Source: a virus. Taken from it: a DNA stretch of 64,000 bases. Each line of letters begins with the position of its first letter. The first letter of the stretch is position 1. The stretch lies in IMG/VR virus record IMGVR_UViG_3300017917_000332, positions 10,453 through 74,452 of that record, one strand, 5' to 3'. The notes under the pieces were generated by a model. The model ran no database searches. It was not told the DNA's origin and saw only the letters and a program-made list of their open reading frames with translations. This document shows positions 18,040-27,018 of this stretch, piece after piece. The position numbers and the translations under genes are program-made.

Positions 18040-18257
18040 TGGCAAAAGACGATATCATTGAACTAACTGGTGTTGTTGAGGAAGTATTGCCAGGCAACAT
18101 GTTTAGAGTTAAGGTAGAAAACATGCAGGCTATTTTACTCTGTTACATGGGTGGAAAATTAAAACAACATAAGATCCGAATAATCTTAGGTGATAAGGTC
18201 AAAGTGGAAGTAAGCCCATACGATCTTACGAAGGGTAGAGTAACTTATAGGTTATAA
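18039..18257 (+). CDS. infA: translation initiation factor IF-1
   Basis: MAKDDIIEL.G.V.EVLP..MFRV...IRIILGDKVKVEVSPYDLTKGRVTYR, 72 aa. Confidence 0.97.
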   Translation: MAKDDIIELTGVVEEVLPGNMFRVKVENMQAILLCYMGGKLKQHKIRIILGDKVKVEVSPYDLTKGRVTYRL

Positions 18258-18259
18258 TC

Positions 18260-18934
18260 ATGAACAGCGTTTTGGAAACTGTATGCGGTATTTGTAACAG
18301 GGTTCGCCTAAAAACAAAAACTGGCACAAACTTCCAGACACTGTTAAAAGAGATACGCCGAGAGTTTCGAAAAACTGACATTGACCTAAAGATTAAAAGT
18401 CAGTCAAAAAAGTTCTTAACCCAAGAAGAATTCTACGTTAATGCCTATTATGACTCCGAAGACGATTTAGAAAAAGAAACGCCAATTGAAGTTATAATAT
18501 ATCACAACTTTAATAAAGAAGTAGTTTGGGACGAGAAACAAATTACTGATCTTCTTGTACAGGTTTTTGATGCAGTTGTACATGAAATAAAACATCAAAG
18601 ACAAAGTCGCAAACGACAACATATCCAATATTGGGATCACCACGATGCTGGATATCACTACAGAGAATACCTTCAAGATCCTGACGAAATTGATGCGTAT
18701 GCATTTAGTATAGCAATCGAACTCTGTAGAACTTTGGGCAAACACAGAGCAATTCGTTATATGCCAAAGTTCACTGCCCTTGCTAGGCTTAAGATCAACG
18801 ACCAATATGCTAGTCCAAACTTAAATGCTTATGTAAGCCATTTTGAAAAACCAATCAGCCCGTTACTACGTCTGTTAGCCAAAAAGATCTATGTGCGTCT
18901 GAAAAAGATTGACACCGATTACATTTTCCAGTAA
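18260..18934 (+). CDS. putative zincin metallopeptidase-like protein
   Basis: VHEIKHQRQ ... DPDEIDAYA (HExxH plus downstream Glu). Confidence 0.6.
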   Translation: MNSVLETVCGICNRVRLKTKTGTNFQTLLKEIRREFRKTDIDLKIKSQSKKFLTQEEFYVNAYYDSEDDLEKETPIEVIIYHNFNKEVVWDEKQITDLLVQVFDAVVHEIKHQRQSRKRQHIQYWDHHDAGYHYREYLQDPDEIDAYAFSIAIELCRTLGKHRAIRYMPKFTALARLKINDQYASPNLNAYVSHFEKPISPLLRLLAKKIYVRLKKIDTDYIFQ

Positions 18935-18937
18935 AAT
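18909..18937 (+). promoter_or_regulatory. sigma70-type promoter
   Basis: TTGACA-17-TAAAAT upstream of 18972. Confidence 0.75.
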
Positions 18938-18971
18938 ACAAACATCTTAAAACTTCCGGCACAATCCCAAA

Positions 18972-19667
18972 ATGGAAAAAGAATTTTCGGTACAGCAGGT
19001 TCTTGCCCTAGCCTGCGCCGCACAGCGATACAACAAAGACTATCTAAAAGAAACTGTTCCGGTTTATAGCAACGACATGAAAATCATGAGCTATAAATGG
19101 GCTAACAAAATGCTGGTGTTGCTAACTCTAATGCCAGAGAATCATCGAAAGGCTACCCCTGACGAGCCAAATCCACCAATCCTAAAACCAAATCAAGAAG
19201 ATGTAACCTTAGCAGATGAAATTACAAAATACTTTCGACGTTTGATGTTTGCGGCAGTACAAGGTGAAAACGAATTTCAAACCAAAGTCAACAGTCTACT
19301 AGAAAGCGATATTGTAAAACCTAGCGAAATTGGATTCATTGCCTGTTTGCCTAGCGTGTATAAAAGAGACTACTCTCAAAATCAAATTAAAAAACGTGTA
19401 AAAACAGTTGACAGCGAATACCTTGCCGAAGTAGGAGAAAACATTCTTGACAAGGACTGCGAAATACTAGAGTGCAATCGCTCAAAGAACTATGATGCTT
19501 GGAACGTTTGTGCTATAATTGATAATAAAATGGTCAGTTGGTTTAGTAAAGTTGATATGAAACTTGGGCCCGCTGTTGTAGTAAAAGCCAAAGTTAAAGA
19601 TCATAGTAAGCATTGGAAACACGAAAACCCTGTAACTAGATTAAACTATGTAAAGGCAGTGCAATGA
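18972..19667 (+). CDS. hypothetical protein with possible C-terminal OB fold
   Basis: ORF after the promoter; C-terminal KAKVKDH..TRLNYVK strand pattern. Confidence 0.6.
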   Translation: MEKEFSVQQVLALACAAQRYNKDYLKETVPVYSNDMKIMSYKWANKMLVLLTLMPENHRKATPDEPNPPILKPNQEDVTLADEITKYFRRLMFAAVQGENEFQTKVNSLLESDIVKPSEIGFIACLPSVYKRDYSQNQIKKRVKTVDSEYLAEVGENILDKDCEILECNRSKNYDAWNVCAIIDNKMVSWFSKVDMKLGPAVVVKAKVKDHSKHWKHENPVTRLNYVKAVQ

Positions 19668-20101
19668 ACGAAGATCAAGAGTTTATGGACTACGAAAAAT
19701 TTGCCGAACGGTTAGAGAAGTCTTATCCAAAAATGTATAGTGGCAAATACGGTGGCTTTGCTGTAGGCAAAGGTTGGTGGCCAATCATTGAGAGCTTGAG
19801 TGAAAATATCCAGCAACACATTGAATGGGCAAACAGAACAGAAGAAGTTTGTCCACAGGTAGTTGTAGAACAAGTTAAAGAAAAGTTTGGCGGCTTGCGT
19901 TTCTACTATCAAGGCGGTGACGAGCAAATCCACGGAATGGTTCGTATGGCCGAAGCGTGGGCAGGAATGGCCTGTGAAGAGTGCGGAGGCATTGGCAAGC
20001 GTAGAGGTGGTGGTTGGGTCCGTACATTATGTGATGTACATGAAGCAGAATATCAAGCACGTCAAGAAAAATACGCAAAAGAGAATGGATTAGAGCTATG
20101 A
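19664..20101 (+). CDS. hypothetical phage protein (QVKEKFGGLRFY motif, CxxC...CxxH)
   Basis: ATGA overlap with the previous gene; zinc-finger-like CEECG..LCDVH. Confidence 0.75.
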   Translation: MNEDQEFMDYEKFAERLEKSYPKMYSGKYGGFAVGKGWWPIIESLSENIQQHIEWANRTEEVCPQVVVEQVKEKFGGLRFYYQGGDEQIHGMVRMAEAWAGMACEECGGIGKRRGGGWVRTLCDVHEAEYQARQEKYAKENGLEL

Positions 20102-20349
20102 CTAAGAAAGAACTGAAGATTGAATTTGCACCAGGTTGTTTTGACAACTTTGAAGGGACTCAAGAAGAACTTGACGAAATGGTTGCTGAAATTCAAAATA
20201 TGTTTGCAAATAAATCTTCTGAAGAAATTGCGGCTATGAGTCGTCCTTTGACCGAAGAAGACTTTGACGATTTGCCAGAAGATGTTAAACTTCAACTGCT
20301 GGACCTTGATCCTGAAGACCTAACACAACCAAAAAGGAAATTACAATGA
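20098..20349 (+). CDS. hypothetical acidic protein
   Basis: ATGA-coupled ORF. Confidence 0.7.
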   Translation: MTKKELKIEFAPGCFDNFEGTQEELDEMVAEIQNMFANKSSEEIAAMSRPLTEEDFDDLPEDVKLQLLDLDPEDLTQPKRKLQ

Positions 20350-20909
20350 TTACCTTGAAAGATTTTTTAGAAGCTGTTGACTATAAAATTACAGGTGGCA
20401 GTGAGTTCCAATGGGAATGCTTTGGCCCAAACGCTCGGTATCTTGATGCTAACGACGGTGATGGTTCAGACAGCAATTACAGCATCAATGCTATTTTTGA
20501 CAGCGTTGACCAAACTGTATATGTCATTGAAGCATGGGATTACCTAACTGATAGAGAGTATCGTTGGTTCAACCCTGACTACAAGTTTAGCTACGATGAC
20601 GAAGCTTCTGGTAGAGACATTGATCCTAACGAGTCGCTTGACGGTCGACGTTATATCGATCTCGAAGTTCCGGAAGATATTTTGGAAAAGATTCACGCTA
20701 TTGTTGCCGGAGAAGAATACGACAGCCGTGTAAAAGTTCCAGTTGACTTCACCGACGAAGAACTGTTAAAATATATGAAACTAGCGCATGATCGTGATAT
20801 CACCTTTAACCAATTAGTTGAAGAAGCATTACGCCATGCTATATCTGAACACCAAGCTGGGCGTCTAACTAGAGAGGACGCACAGCGTTTTATACGAGAA
20901 CGAGAATGA
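20346..20909 (+). CDS. hypothetical protein with C-terminal ribbon-helix-helix-like segment
   Basis: VPVDFTDEELL..LAHDRDITFNQLVEEALR. Confidence 0.6.
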   Translation: MITLKDFLEAVDYKITGGSEFQWECFGPNARYLDANDGDGSDSNYSINAIFDSVDQTVYVIEAWDYLTDREYRWFNPDYKFSYDDEASGRDIDPNESLDGRRYIDLEVPEDILEKIHAIVAGEEYDSRVKVPVDFTDEELLKYMKLAHDRDITFNQLVEEALRHAISEHQAGRLTREDAQRFIRERE

Positions 20910-21760
20910 AAATTACACTAGTATCAGATCTCCATCTCGAGTTTTCTGATTGCTTTGATATTAAAAATGAAAACAACGCAGATGTGTTGATCCTTGGCGG
21001 CGACATTATGATTGCCGAGGACCTACACGACCATCCGCACGTTCCTAGTATTTACGAATACGGCTCATTTGCCGACTTGGGTCGTAAGCAAAAGCGTGTG
21101 CAAACATTCCGTGATTTCCTAACACGGATGAGCAATCTGTTTCCGCATGTTATCTATGTTGCTGGTAATCACGAGTTCTATCACGGCAAGTGGGTCAAGG
21201 GTATTCAGTATCTGCGTGAAACTTGCGCACAGTATCCTAATGTTCACTTCCTCGAACGTGACACTGTTAAAATAGACGATGTGACCTTTGTGGGCGGTAC
21301 ACTGTGGACTGACATGAACAAAGGTGATCCCTTAACACTTCATGCTGTTCGAGATATGATGAATGACTATAGGATTATCCGCAACGATGATAAGGGCTAT
21401 ACAACTCTTAAGCCTGCAGATACAGTTATTCGTCACCGTGAAACACTAAACTACATTCGTAGTGTTGTAGCAGAACGACATGATGAAAAGTTTGTTGTTG
21501 TCGGACATCACAGTCCTAGCCATCAAAGTATTCATCCGCAATATGCACACGACAGTTTAATGAACGGCGCATATCACAGCGACCTGAGTGAGTTCATTTT
21601 GGATCACCCACAGATCAAACTGTGGACACATGGACATACTCATCATTGCTTTGACTATGTAATTGGCGAAACAAGAATTGTCTGTAACCCACGTGGTTAC
21701 GAAAACGATGGTTACAGCGAAGACACTGGCTGGAACCCAAACTTAATTTTGGAGGTTTAA
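20906..21760 (+). CDS. calcineurin-like metallophosphoesterase
   Basis: SDLHLE, GGD, AGNHEFY, GHH.P, HGHTH, NPRGY. Confidence 0.92.
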   Translation: MKITLVSDLHLEFSDCFDIKNENNADVLILGGDIMIAEDLHDHPHVPSIYEYGSFADLGRKQKRVQTFRDFLTRMSNLFPHVIYVAGNHEFYHGKWVKGIQYLRETCAQYPNVHFLERDTVKIDDVTFVGGTLWTDMNKGDPLTLHAVRDMMNDYRIIRNDDKGYTTLKPADTVIRHRETLNYIRSVVAERHDEKFVVVGHHSPSHQSIHPQYAHDSLMNGAYHSDLSEFILDHPQIKLWTHGHTHHCFDYVIGETRIVCNPRGYENDGYSEDTGWNPNLILEV

Positions 21761-21943
21761 ATGGAACAAGAAAATAAGACACCAACTATTAGCGAGATGC
21801 TAAGAATTACTGCTGGGAATAATCAAGCACTGTTGATTAAGATTGCAGATCGAATTGATGAAATGCAAGCAGAGATTGACAGGCTTGCCCAGCGTGTAAT
21901 TGAACTAGAAGGTTCGCAAAATGACAATCCAAAGTCTGAATGA
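21761..21943 (+). CDS. hypothetical coiled-coil protein
   Basis: GGAGG Shine-Dalgarno; heptad pattern. Confidence 0.65.
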   Translation: MEQENKTPTISEMLRITAGNNQALLIKIADRIDEMQAEIDRLAQRVIELEGSQNDNPKSE

Positions 21944-22247
21944 GAAAGAATTTAAGCTATTTAAAAAATGGCTAAAGAGTCACTTGGCCTTTGGGCCAGT
22001 GACTGTAACTTTTACCAAAAAAGATGGTACCGAACGGGTTATGGAATGTACAACCAAACCAGAACTTGTTCCAGTTGACATAGTTGAAGAAAAGCATTAT
22101 ACTAACACAAATGATCCTGTAGACTTTCCTAAGCCAAAACGTGAAAAGAAAGTTAATGAAGATGTATGTCCAGTGTTTGATCTCGAAGCACAACATTGGA
22201 AAAGTTTTCGCTGGGATTCTGTAAAATCTGTTTCAATTAAACTCTGA
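21921..22247 (+). CDS. SH3/Sm-like beta-barrel protein (WYL_2-like)
   Basis: VTFTKKDGTERVMECT...VFDLE...WKSFRWDSV. Confidence 0.7.
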   Translation: MTIQSLNEKEFKLFKKWLKSHLAFGPVTVTFTKKDGTERVMECTTKPELVPVDIVEEKHYTNTNDPVDFPKPKREKKVNEDVCPVFDLEAQHWKSFRWDSVKSVSIKL

Positions 22248-22255
22248 AAGTTATT

Positions 22256-22705
22256 ATGAAAATTGGTCTTAGTTATAGTAGATGCATCCGAGATATTGTA
22301 GATGGTGCAGTAGACATCAATGACGTTTTGGTAATTATTGCTCGTACAGACTTTGATCCTAGAGATGACAAACAATGGGCAGGTATCTGGAAGGGCTACG
22401 GTGGCGGCTCTGAAGGAAACTCAATGCGAGGCTTTTTTAGTGGTAGCCACCCAGAATGGGATGGCTATGATGATGACATGGAGCAAAAATTCCGCGAAGT
22501 TAGTATTCAACTTTGGGATGAAGGTAAGTTTCATCAGCCTCGTAAGTTTGGTGCTCACCCACGTAGACTTCCACATATTTGGCTAGAAACTATTCTTCCA
22601 AGTGAAGAATTAGACCAAAATCCTGGTATCAAAGCCGCTTGGAATAAATTTCAAACCTTGGCTAGCTTGTCTAGCGTAGACTTGAATAAAGACCATCAAG
22701 TATGA
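22256..22705 (+). CDS. hypothetical phage protein
   Basis: ORF within the operon. Confidence 0.7.
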   Translation: MKIGLSYSRCIRDIVDGAVDINDVLVIIARTDFDPRDDKQWAGIWKGYGGGSEGNSMRGFFSGSHPEWDGYDDDMEQKFREVSIQLWDEGKFHQPRKFGAHPRRLPHIWLETILPSEELDQNPGIKAAWNKFQTLASLSSVDLNKDHQV

Positions 22706-23232
22706 AACTCCTTGCCTTACTAGCACTAGCAGTTTCGTTGCCGGTACTAGCACAAGAATCTTGTGTAGTCAAGCAAACTAGCCAAATGGTTAACCAACGT
22801 AAAGTGGGTGCCGTAACTGATCTAGTTAAAAATAAAAGTCCAAACAAATGCCAGGTCCGTTTTAAGATAAATGTCGACGGAGATTGGCATACTATAAATT
22901 GGACTCAAGAAGGACTTTGGCAGGAAGAGATTCTTTGCGCCGACGCAATTCGTCATGGTACTAACGACCTTTTGGTAAGATTGCCTGGAGTTTATAAAAC
23001 TGAAACTATCACCGTCTGCACTGACAAACCAAAAGTTTTGGCTAAAGGGTACGAAGGTTTAGAAACTGAATTCGGCATTGATCGTTCCAAATTCAAAGGC
23101 TACTTCCGAGCAGGCCACGCTGTTAAATGTAGATTCTTTAATGGGTTCTACGACAGTGGTAAAGAGATTTCGGCTAGCGGAGTCATTTGCCTAAACAATA
23201 ATGAACTTTGGACAGTGATTGACAAGTTCTGA
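22702..23232 (+). CDS. secreted Cys-containing protein
   Basis: Signal peptide MKLLALLALAVSLPVLA; 6 Cys. Confidence 0.7.
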   Translation: MKLLALLALAVSLPVLAQESCVVKQTSQMVNQRKVGAVTDLVKNKSPNKCQVRFKINVDGDWHTINWTQEGLWQEEILCADAIRHGTNDLLVRLPGVYKTETITVCTDKPKVLAKGYEGLETEFGIDRSKFKGYFRAGHAVKCRFFNGFYDSGKEISASGVICLNNNELWTVIDKF

Positions 23233-23233
23233 C

Positions 23234-23262
23234 TTGACAACTATCTCTGTTGGCTTTACAAT
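23234..23262 (+). promoter_or_regulatory. sigma70-type promoter
   Basis: TTGACA-17-TACAAT. Confidence 0.75.
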
Positions 23263-23294
23263 ACAAAGTATCGTAATTCGATAGAGAGGCATTT

Positions 23295-23423
23295 ATGAAG
23301 GCATTTATTTTAGGCACAATCTTTGGTTTGGTACTAGCTACTGTTGGTTTCAGCGGTATTGCTCGTATGCTTGACAAAGGCATTGACACAGTTAAAACAC
23401 AGTCACAGGAGATGGCAAAATGA
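23295..23423 (+). CDS. small membrane protein (42 aa, not in the ORF track)
   Basis: MKAFILGTIFGLVLATVGFSGIARMLDKGIDTVKTQSQEMAK*; GAGG Shine-Dalgarno; ATGA-coupled to the next gene. Confidence 0.75.
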   Translation: MKAFILGTIFGLVLATVGFSGIARMLDKGIDTVKTQSQEMAK

Positions 23424-23542
23424 AAATGGTACTTGCAATTTTGGTTTCCATTATGCTTACCGCTTGTGGTACAATCGGTGGTGCAGTTTCCGGCGCTGGC
23501 TCCGATTTGACTAAAGCCGGGGAATGGATTCGTTCAAAATGA
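23420..23542 (+). CDS. entericidin EcnA/B-like small lipoprotein (40 aa, not in the ORF track)
   Basis: MKMVLAILVSIMLTAC-GTIGGAVSGAGSDLTKAGEWIRSK*; lipobox LTAC; GAGxDxxxAG amphipathic helix. Confidence 0.7.
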   Translation: MKMVLAILVSIMLTACGTIGGAVSGAGSDLTKAGEWIRSK

Positions 23543-24093
23543 GAAAACTAATTCTACTGCCAATCTTAGCCGCACTTACAGCCTGTGGAACAACTGATCC
23601 CTACGGTAAAAGAGCAGAGCAAGAACAAAGACGTCAAGCCCGTGCTATCGAACAGTCTATCGACAAAGCACCTAAATGGATGTTCGAGCTTCCTGTAAGT
23701 TCTAGTGCAGTATTTGAAAACGGTACTGCTGTTAGTGGCGACTGGATGATGGCCGATGCCAAAGCCAAGGCGACTGCTTATGGTAAGATCTGTATGATGG
23801 CGGGCGGCACAGCAAGCCAACAGACTAAAATTTATCGTACCGACAGTGAAGTAACTTCAACTGAACTCAGCGAACAAGCTATCAAAACTGGTTGCAAGAG
23901 TGTAGACCTTACAGGTGTTGAAGTTAAAGACAAGAAAGTTGTCCAAGAAGGTAACCGTTACCGAGTATATGTTCTTGTAGTATTGCCAACTGGTGACGCT
24001 AATATTCTTCGCAAGGCTTCCGATGCTCGTAAGCAAAGAGATCTTGCTGAAAAACGTGCTCCAGAAGCATTTAAAGAAATGGAACGTCAATGA
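23539..24093 (+). CDS. lipoprotein (LPP20-like)
   Basis: MRKLILLPILAALTAC lipobox; APKW motif; start 23539 via ATGA overlap. Confidence 0.75.
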   Translation: MRKLILLPILAALTACGTTDPYGKRAEQEQRRQARAIEQSIDKAPKWMFELPVSSSAVFENGTAVSGDWMMADAKAKATAYGKICMMAGGTASQQTKIYRTDSEVTSTELSEQAIKTGCKSVDLTGVEVKDKKVVQEGNRYRVYVLVVLPTGDANILRKASDARKQRDLAEKRAPEAFKEMERQ

Positions 24094-24266
24094 TTAGAGT
24101 AATTCTTCTTTTTATAATTCTAGCGGCACTAGTTTGGGGCGCCATCATTGGTGTTCAAAAACTTTCAGGTAAACAAGCCTTGGACTTGACTAAGGCTGGC
24201 GTTTACGCTATAATTAGTTCATCAGTTGCAGTTGCTCTGATGTTTGTATTAGTTGAACTTTTTTAA
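24090..24266 (+). CDS. two-TM small membrane protein (58 aa, not in the ORF track)
   Basis: MIRVILLFIILAALVWGAIIGV...AIISSSVAVALMFVLVELF*; ATGA overlap. Confidence 0.7.
   Translation: MIRVILLFIILAALVWGAIIGVQKLSGKQALDLTKAGVYAIISSSVAVALMFVLVELF
24186..24214 (+). promoter_or_regulatory. sigma70-type promoter (intragenic)
   Basis: TTGACT-17-TATAAT. Confidence 0.65.
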
Positions 24267-24273
24267 GGTTTAT

Positions 24274-24360
24274 ATGATTAATGATTTTTGGTTGCGGCCC
24301 CTGTACTTTGTACTTGGATTCGTTGTTTGTTTTTTTCTAATGGTTAAAGGATTTATTTAA
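24274..24360 (+). CDS. 28-aa membrane peptide (not in the ORF track)
   Basis: MINDFWLRPLYFVLGFVVCFFLMVKGFI*; AAGG upstream; fills the gap exactly. Confidence 0.5.
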   Translation: MINDFWLRPLYFVLGFVVCFFLMVKGFI

Positions 24361-24361
24361 A

Positions 24362-25156
24362 ATGAAACGTATTTTTACTCTCTCCATTCTTGCCGCCGCA
24401 GTTCTTGCTACTGGCTGTACTCGTATTGAAACAGGTGAAGTCGGAGTCCGTGTTGGCTTTGACAAGCAGGTTAAATCGGGTGAACTTATGCCTGGTTCGT
24501 TCAATCAGGTTTTGATTGGCGATGTGTTGACTTTCCCAGTTAAGGATGTAAACGTTGTCATCGATAACATGACTCCTGTTGCCAAAGATAACTCAACCAT
24601 GAAAGATTTGGATATGGTTGTTGTCTACAACATTAATCCTCAACAAGTATCGGAACTCTATTCAACTAAGAACCGTGCCTTCCACGCAGAAGCCAAAGGC
24701 GATGTTTATCTAATGTATAACTACATCGTCCAAAACGCCCGTAATGCTATGTACAAGGCCGCCCGTAAGTACGAAGCACTAGACATGGCTGATAACCGTG
24801 AAGCAATGGAAACTCAGGTCCGAGAAGAAATTCAAAAGAACCTTGCTGAAGAAAAGCTGGACGGTACTATTACTATCAGCCAAGTGTTGATTCGTAACGT
24901 AACTCCTGCTGACTCAGTCGTTGAATCTGCTAACGCACTAGTCCGTGCCAAGAATGAACTCAAGCAGAAAGAAGTAGAAGTTAAGACTGCTGAAGCAGAA
25001 GCACGTCGAATGGCCGCTCTTGCTAACAACTCTGCCAGTTCAATCGCATTTATGAACGCACAGGCCGCACTTAATATCTCCGAAGGTATTAAGAATGGTA
25101 AGGTACAGACTATTGTTGTTCCATCTAACATGACATCTTTGATGTTGCCTAAGTAA
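24362..25156 (+). CDS. SPFH/band 7/prohibitin family lipoprotein
   Basis: ATGC lipobox-like; RIETGEVGVRV; C-terminal AEAEA coiled coil. Confidence 0.88.
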   Translation: MKRIFTLSILAAAVLATGCTRIETGEVGVRVGFDKQVKSGELMPGSFNQVLIGDVLTFPVKDVNVVIDNMTPVAKDNSTMKDLDMVVVYNINPQQVSELYSTKNRAFHAEAKGDVYLMYNYIVQNARNAMYKAARKYEALDMADNREAMETQVREEIQKNLAEEKLDGTITISQVLIRNVTPADSVVESANALVRAKNELKQKEVEVKTAEAEARRMAALANNSASSIAFMNAQAALNISEGIKNGKVQTIVVPSNMTSLMLPK

Positions 25157-25157
25157 T

Positions 25158-25343
25158 ATGTTGTGGACTTTAATACTGTTTGCACATGCCGGTATTATGA
25201 GTGATAAGGACTCCATGGCACTGACCACAGTGCCTGGATTCCAAAGTCAAGCTCAATGTCAAGCCGCAGGCGAAGCATCTAAGAAGATGGCATCAGCAAC
25301 TACCAAAGTAATCAAATATCACTGTGTAGAGGTTACAAAATGA
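25158..25343 (+). CDS. small secreted protein
   Basis: Hydrophobic N-terminus; F.S.AQC.AA...C pattern. Confidence 0.6.
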   Translation: MLWTLILFAHAGIMSDKDSMALTTVPGFQSQAQCQAAGEASKKMASATTKVIKYHCVEVTK

Positions 25344-25684
25344 GTTTTCTAAGTTTTCTAGGGTTTGGCAAAATGGTTGAAGATGGTGCAAAAGTTCTAG
25401 AGTTTCCAAAACCAAAAGTCGTTGCACCTATGCCGCCTGTCGCTCCTCCCAAGAAGTCCGAACCTAAAGAGCATTATCGTGTAGGTTATGTTGCCGAAAC
25501 CGGCATGACTACACTAACCATTCTATCAAACGATGGATGGGGTAGCATTACACTAAGTATGAATCGCGAAGCCTGTGAAGCAATGATTAGACTTCTTCGT
25601 GCAACATACGATGACAGCTTTACTCCGGAAGACGATCCAGATGGTGGATTACCTGTAGAAGAAAGTGAAGCAAAAGTAGCTTAA
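25340..25684 (+). CDS. hypothetical protein
   Basis: ATGA-coupled ORF; Pro-rich linker. Confidence 0.65.
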   Translation: MSFLSFLGFGKMVEDGAKVLEFPKPKVVAPMPPVAPPKKSEPKEHYRVGYVAETGMTTLTILSNDGWGSITLSMNREACEAMIRLLRATYDDSFTPEDDPDGGLPVEESEAKVA

Positions 25685-25703
25685 TATTAAAAATGGAGTA
25701 ATA

Positions 25704-26324
25704 ATGACAAGACTAATTCCAACCGTTATCGAAACTGAAGCACGTGGCGAACGTGCTTATGACATTTACAGTCGCTTGCTTAAAGACCGTATTGTTATGC
25801 TTGATAGTGATGTTAACGAGCATACTGCCAGTGTTATTGTCGCACAGCTTCTATTCTTAGAAAGCCAAGGAAACGAAGACATCCAGTTCTTTATTAATAG
25901 TCCAGGTGGTCTGGTTACAGCTGGCTTGGCTATCTATGACACAATGCAGTTTATTAAACCTGATGTATCAACTATTGTTTTGGGACAGGCCGCAAGTATG
26001 GGGTCGTTCCTAGCACAGGCGGGTGCGCCGGGTAAACGTTTTGTCTTGCCCGAAAGCCGTACAATGGTACACCGTGTTAGTTCGGGTACACCAGGTACAC
26101 GTGGATCTGTCCACGTACAAGAACTTCAATTTGAAGACGCAAAACGTACCTATGAAGAAAGCCAGCGTATTAACAAGCGTTTAACTGAGCTATATGTTAA
26201 GCATAATACAGCGGGCAAAACCTACGATCAGCTTTACGAAACTATGAAATTTGACACGTTCCTAAGTGCAGATCAGGCTGTAGAATACGGTTTAGCCGAT
26301 AAAGTTATCACCAAACGCCCTTGA
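25704..26324 (+). CDS. clpP: ATP-dependent Clp protease proteolytic subunit
   Basis: [24 protein letters not shown] (Ser), MVHR (His), FDTFLSA (Asp), EYGLADKV. Confidence 0.95.
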   Translation: MTRLIPTVIETEARGERAYDIYSRLLKDRIVMLDSDVNEHTASVIVAQLLFLESQGNEDIQFFINSPGGLVTAGLAIYDTMQFIKPDVSTIVLGQAASMGSFLAQAGAPGKRFVLPESRTMVHRVSSGTPGTRGSVHVQELQFEDAKRTYEESQRINKRLTELYVKHNTAGKTYDQLYETMKFDTFLSADQAVEYGLADKVITKRP

Positions 26325-26385
26325 TAAATCCTGTATCTGTGTTAGAATATAAATATACGCAGATAATGATCAAAAAGGGCTCGCC

Positions 26386-26958
26386 GTGAAAAAATTAGAG
26401 GAATTTACCGCTGACGAACGAATTAATGTTAAACTACTCGATAATCATGTACATTTCTTAGTAGGTGAAATTGAAGAAGAAAACGTTAATAATTGTATTC
26501 GTTGGATTACATACGAGAACCTAGACTTTAAAGAAAAAACTCTTACACTGTATATCAACTCAACGGGCGGTGACTTATACCAAGCATTGGCCCTAATTGA
26601 TATCATGAAGTCTAGTAATCACCCAATTAGAGTAGTTGGAATTGGTGCTGTAATGAGTGCGGCATTTTTGATATTTGCTAGCGGTACTAAAGGTGAGCGG
26701 GCGGCCGCTTCGAACACTAGTTTTATGTGTCATCAGTTCAGTTCTGGAATAGAAGCCAAATATCACGACATCAAAGCCGAAATGAAAGAAAACGAATCAT
26801 TAAACACCAAAATGGTTAACATTCTCAAAGAGGCTACAGGACTGCCAACAGCCAAAGTTAAAGCCAAATTGCTACCGGCTTCGGACGTTTATCTTAGCGC
26901 AGACGAAGTAGTTGATTTGGGTGTAGCTGATTATATTTTGGGCTTAGAAGAAGAATAA
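26386..26958 (+). CDS. divergent ClpP-family protease
   Basis: YINSTGG, GAVMSAA, MCHQ, SDVYLSADE..GVADYI; GTG start. Confidence 0.85.
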   Translation: MKKLEEFTADERINVKLLDNHVHFLVGEIEEENVNNCIRWITYENLDFKEKTLTLYINSTGGDLYQALALIDIMKSSNHPIRVVGIGAVMSAAFLIFASGTKGERAAASNTSFMCHQFSSGIEAKYHDIKAEMKENESLNTKMVNILKEATGLPTAKVKAKLLPASDVYLSADEVVDLGVADYILGLEEE

Positions 26959-26961
26959 TCC

Positions 26962-26990
26962 TTGACATTTGTTAGTGTTGGTTGTATAAT
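26962..26990 (+). promoter_or_regulatory. consensus sigma70 promoter
   Basis: TTGACA-17-TATAAT upstream of the ligase. Confidence 0.88.
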
Positions 26991-27018
26991 AGACTTATAT
27001 AATTAACTAAGGACCAAA

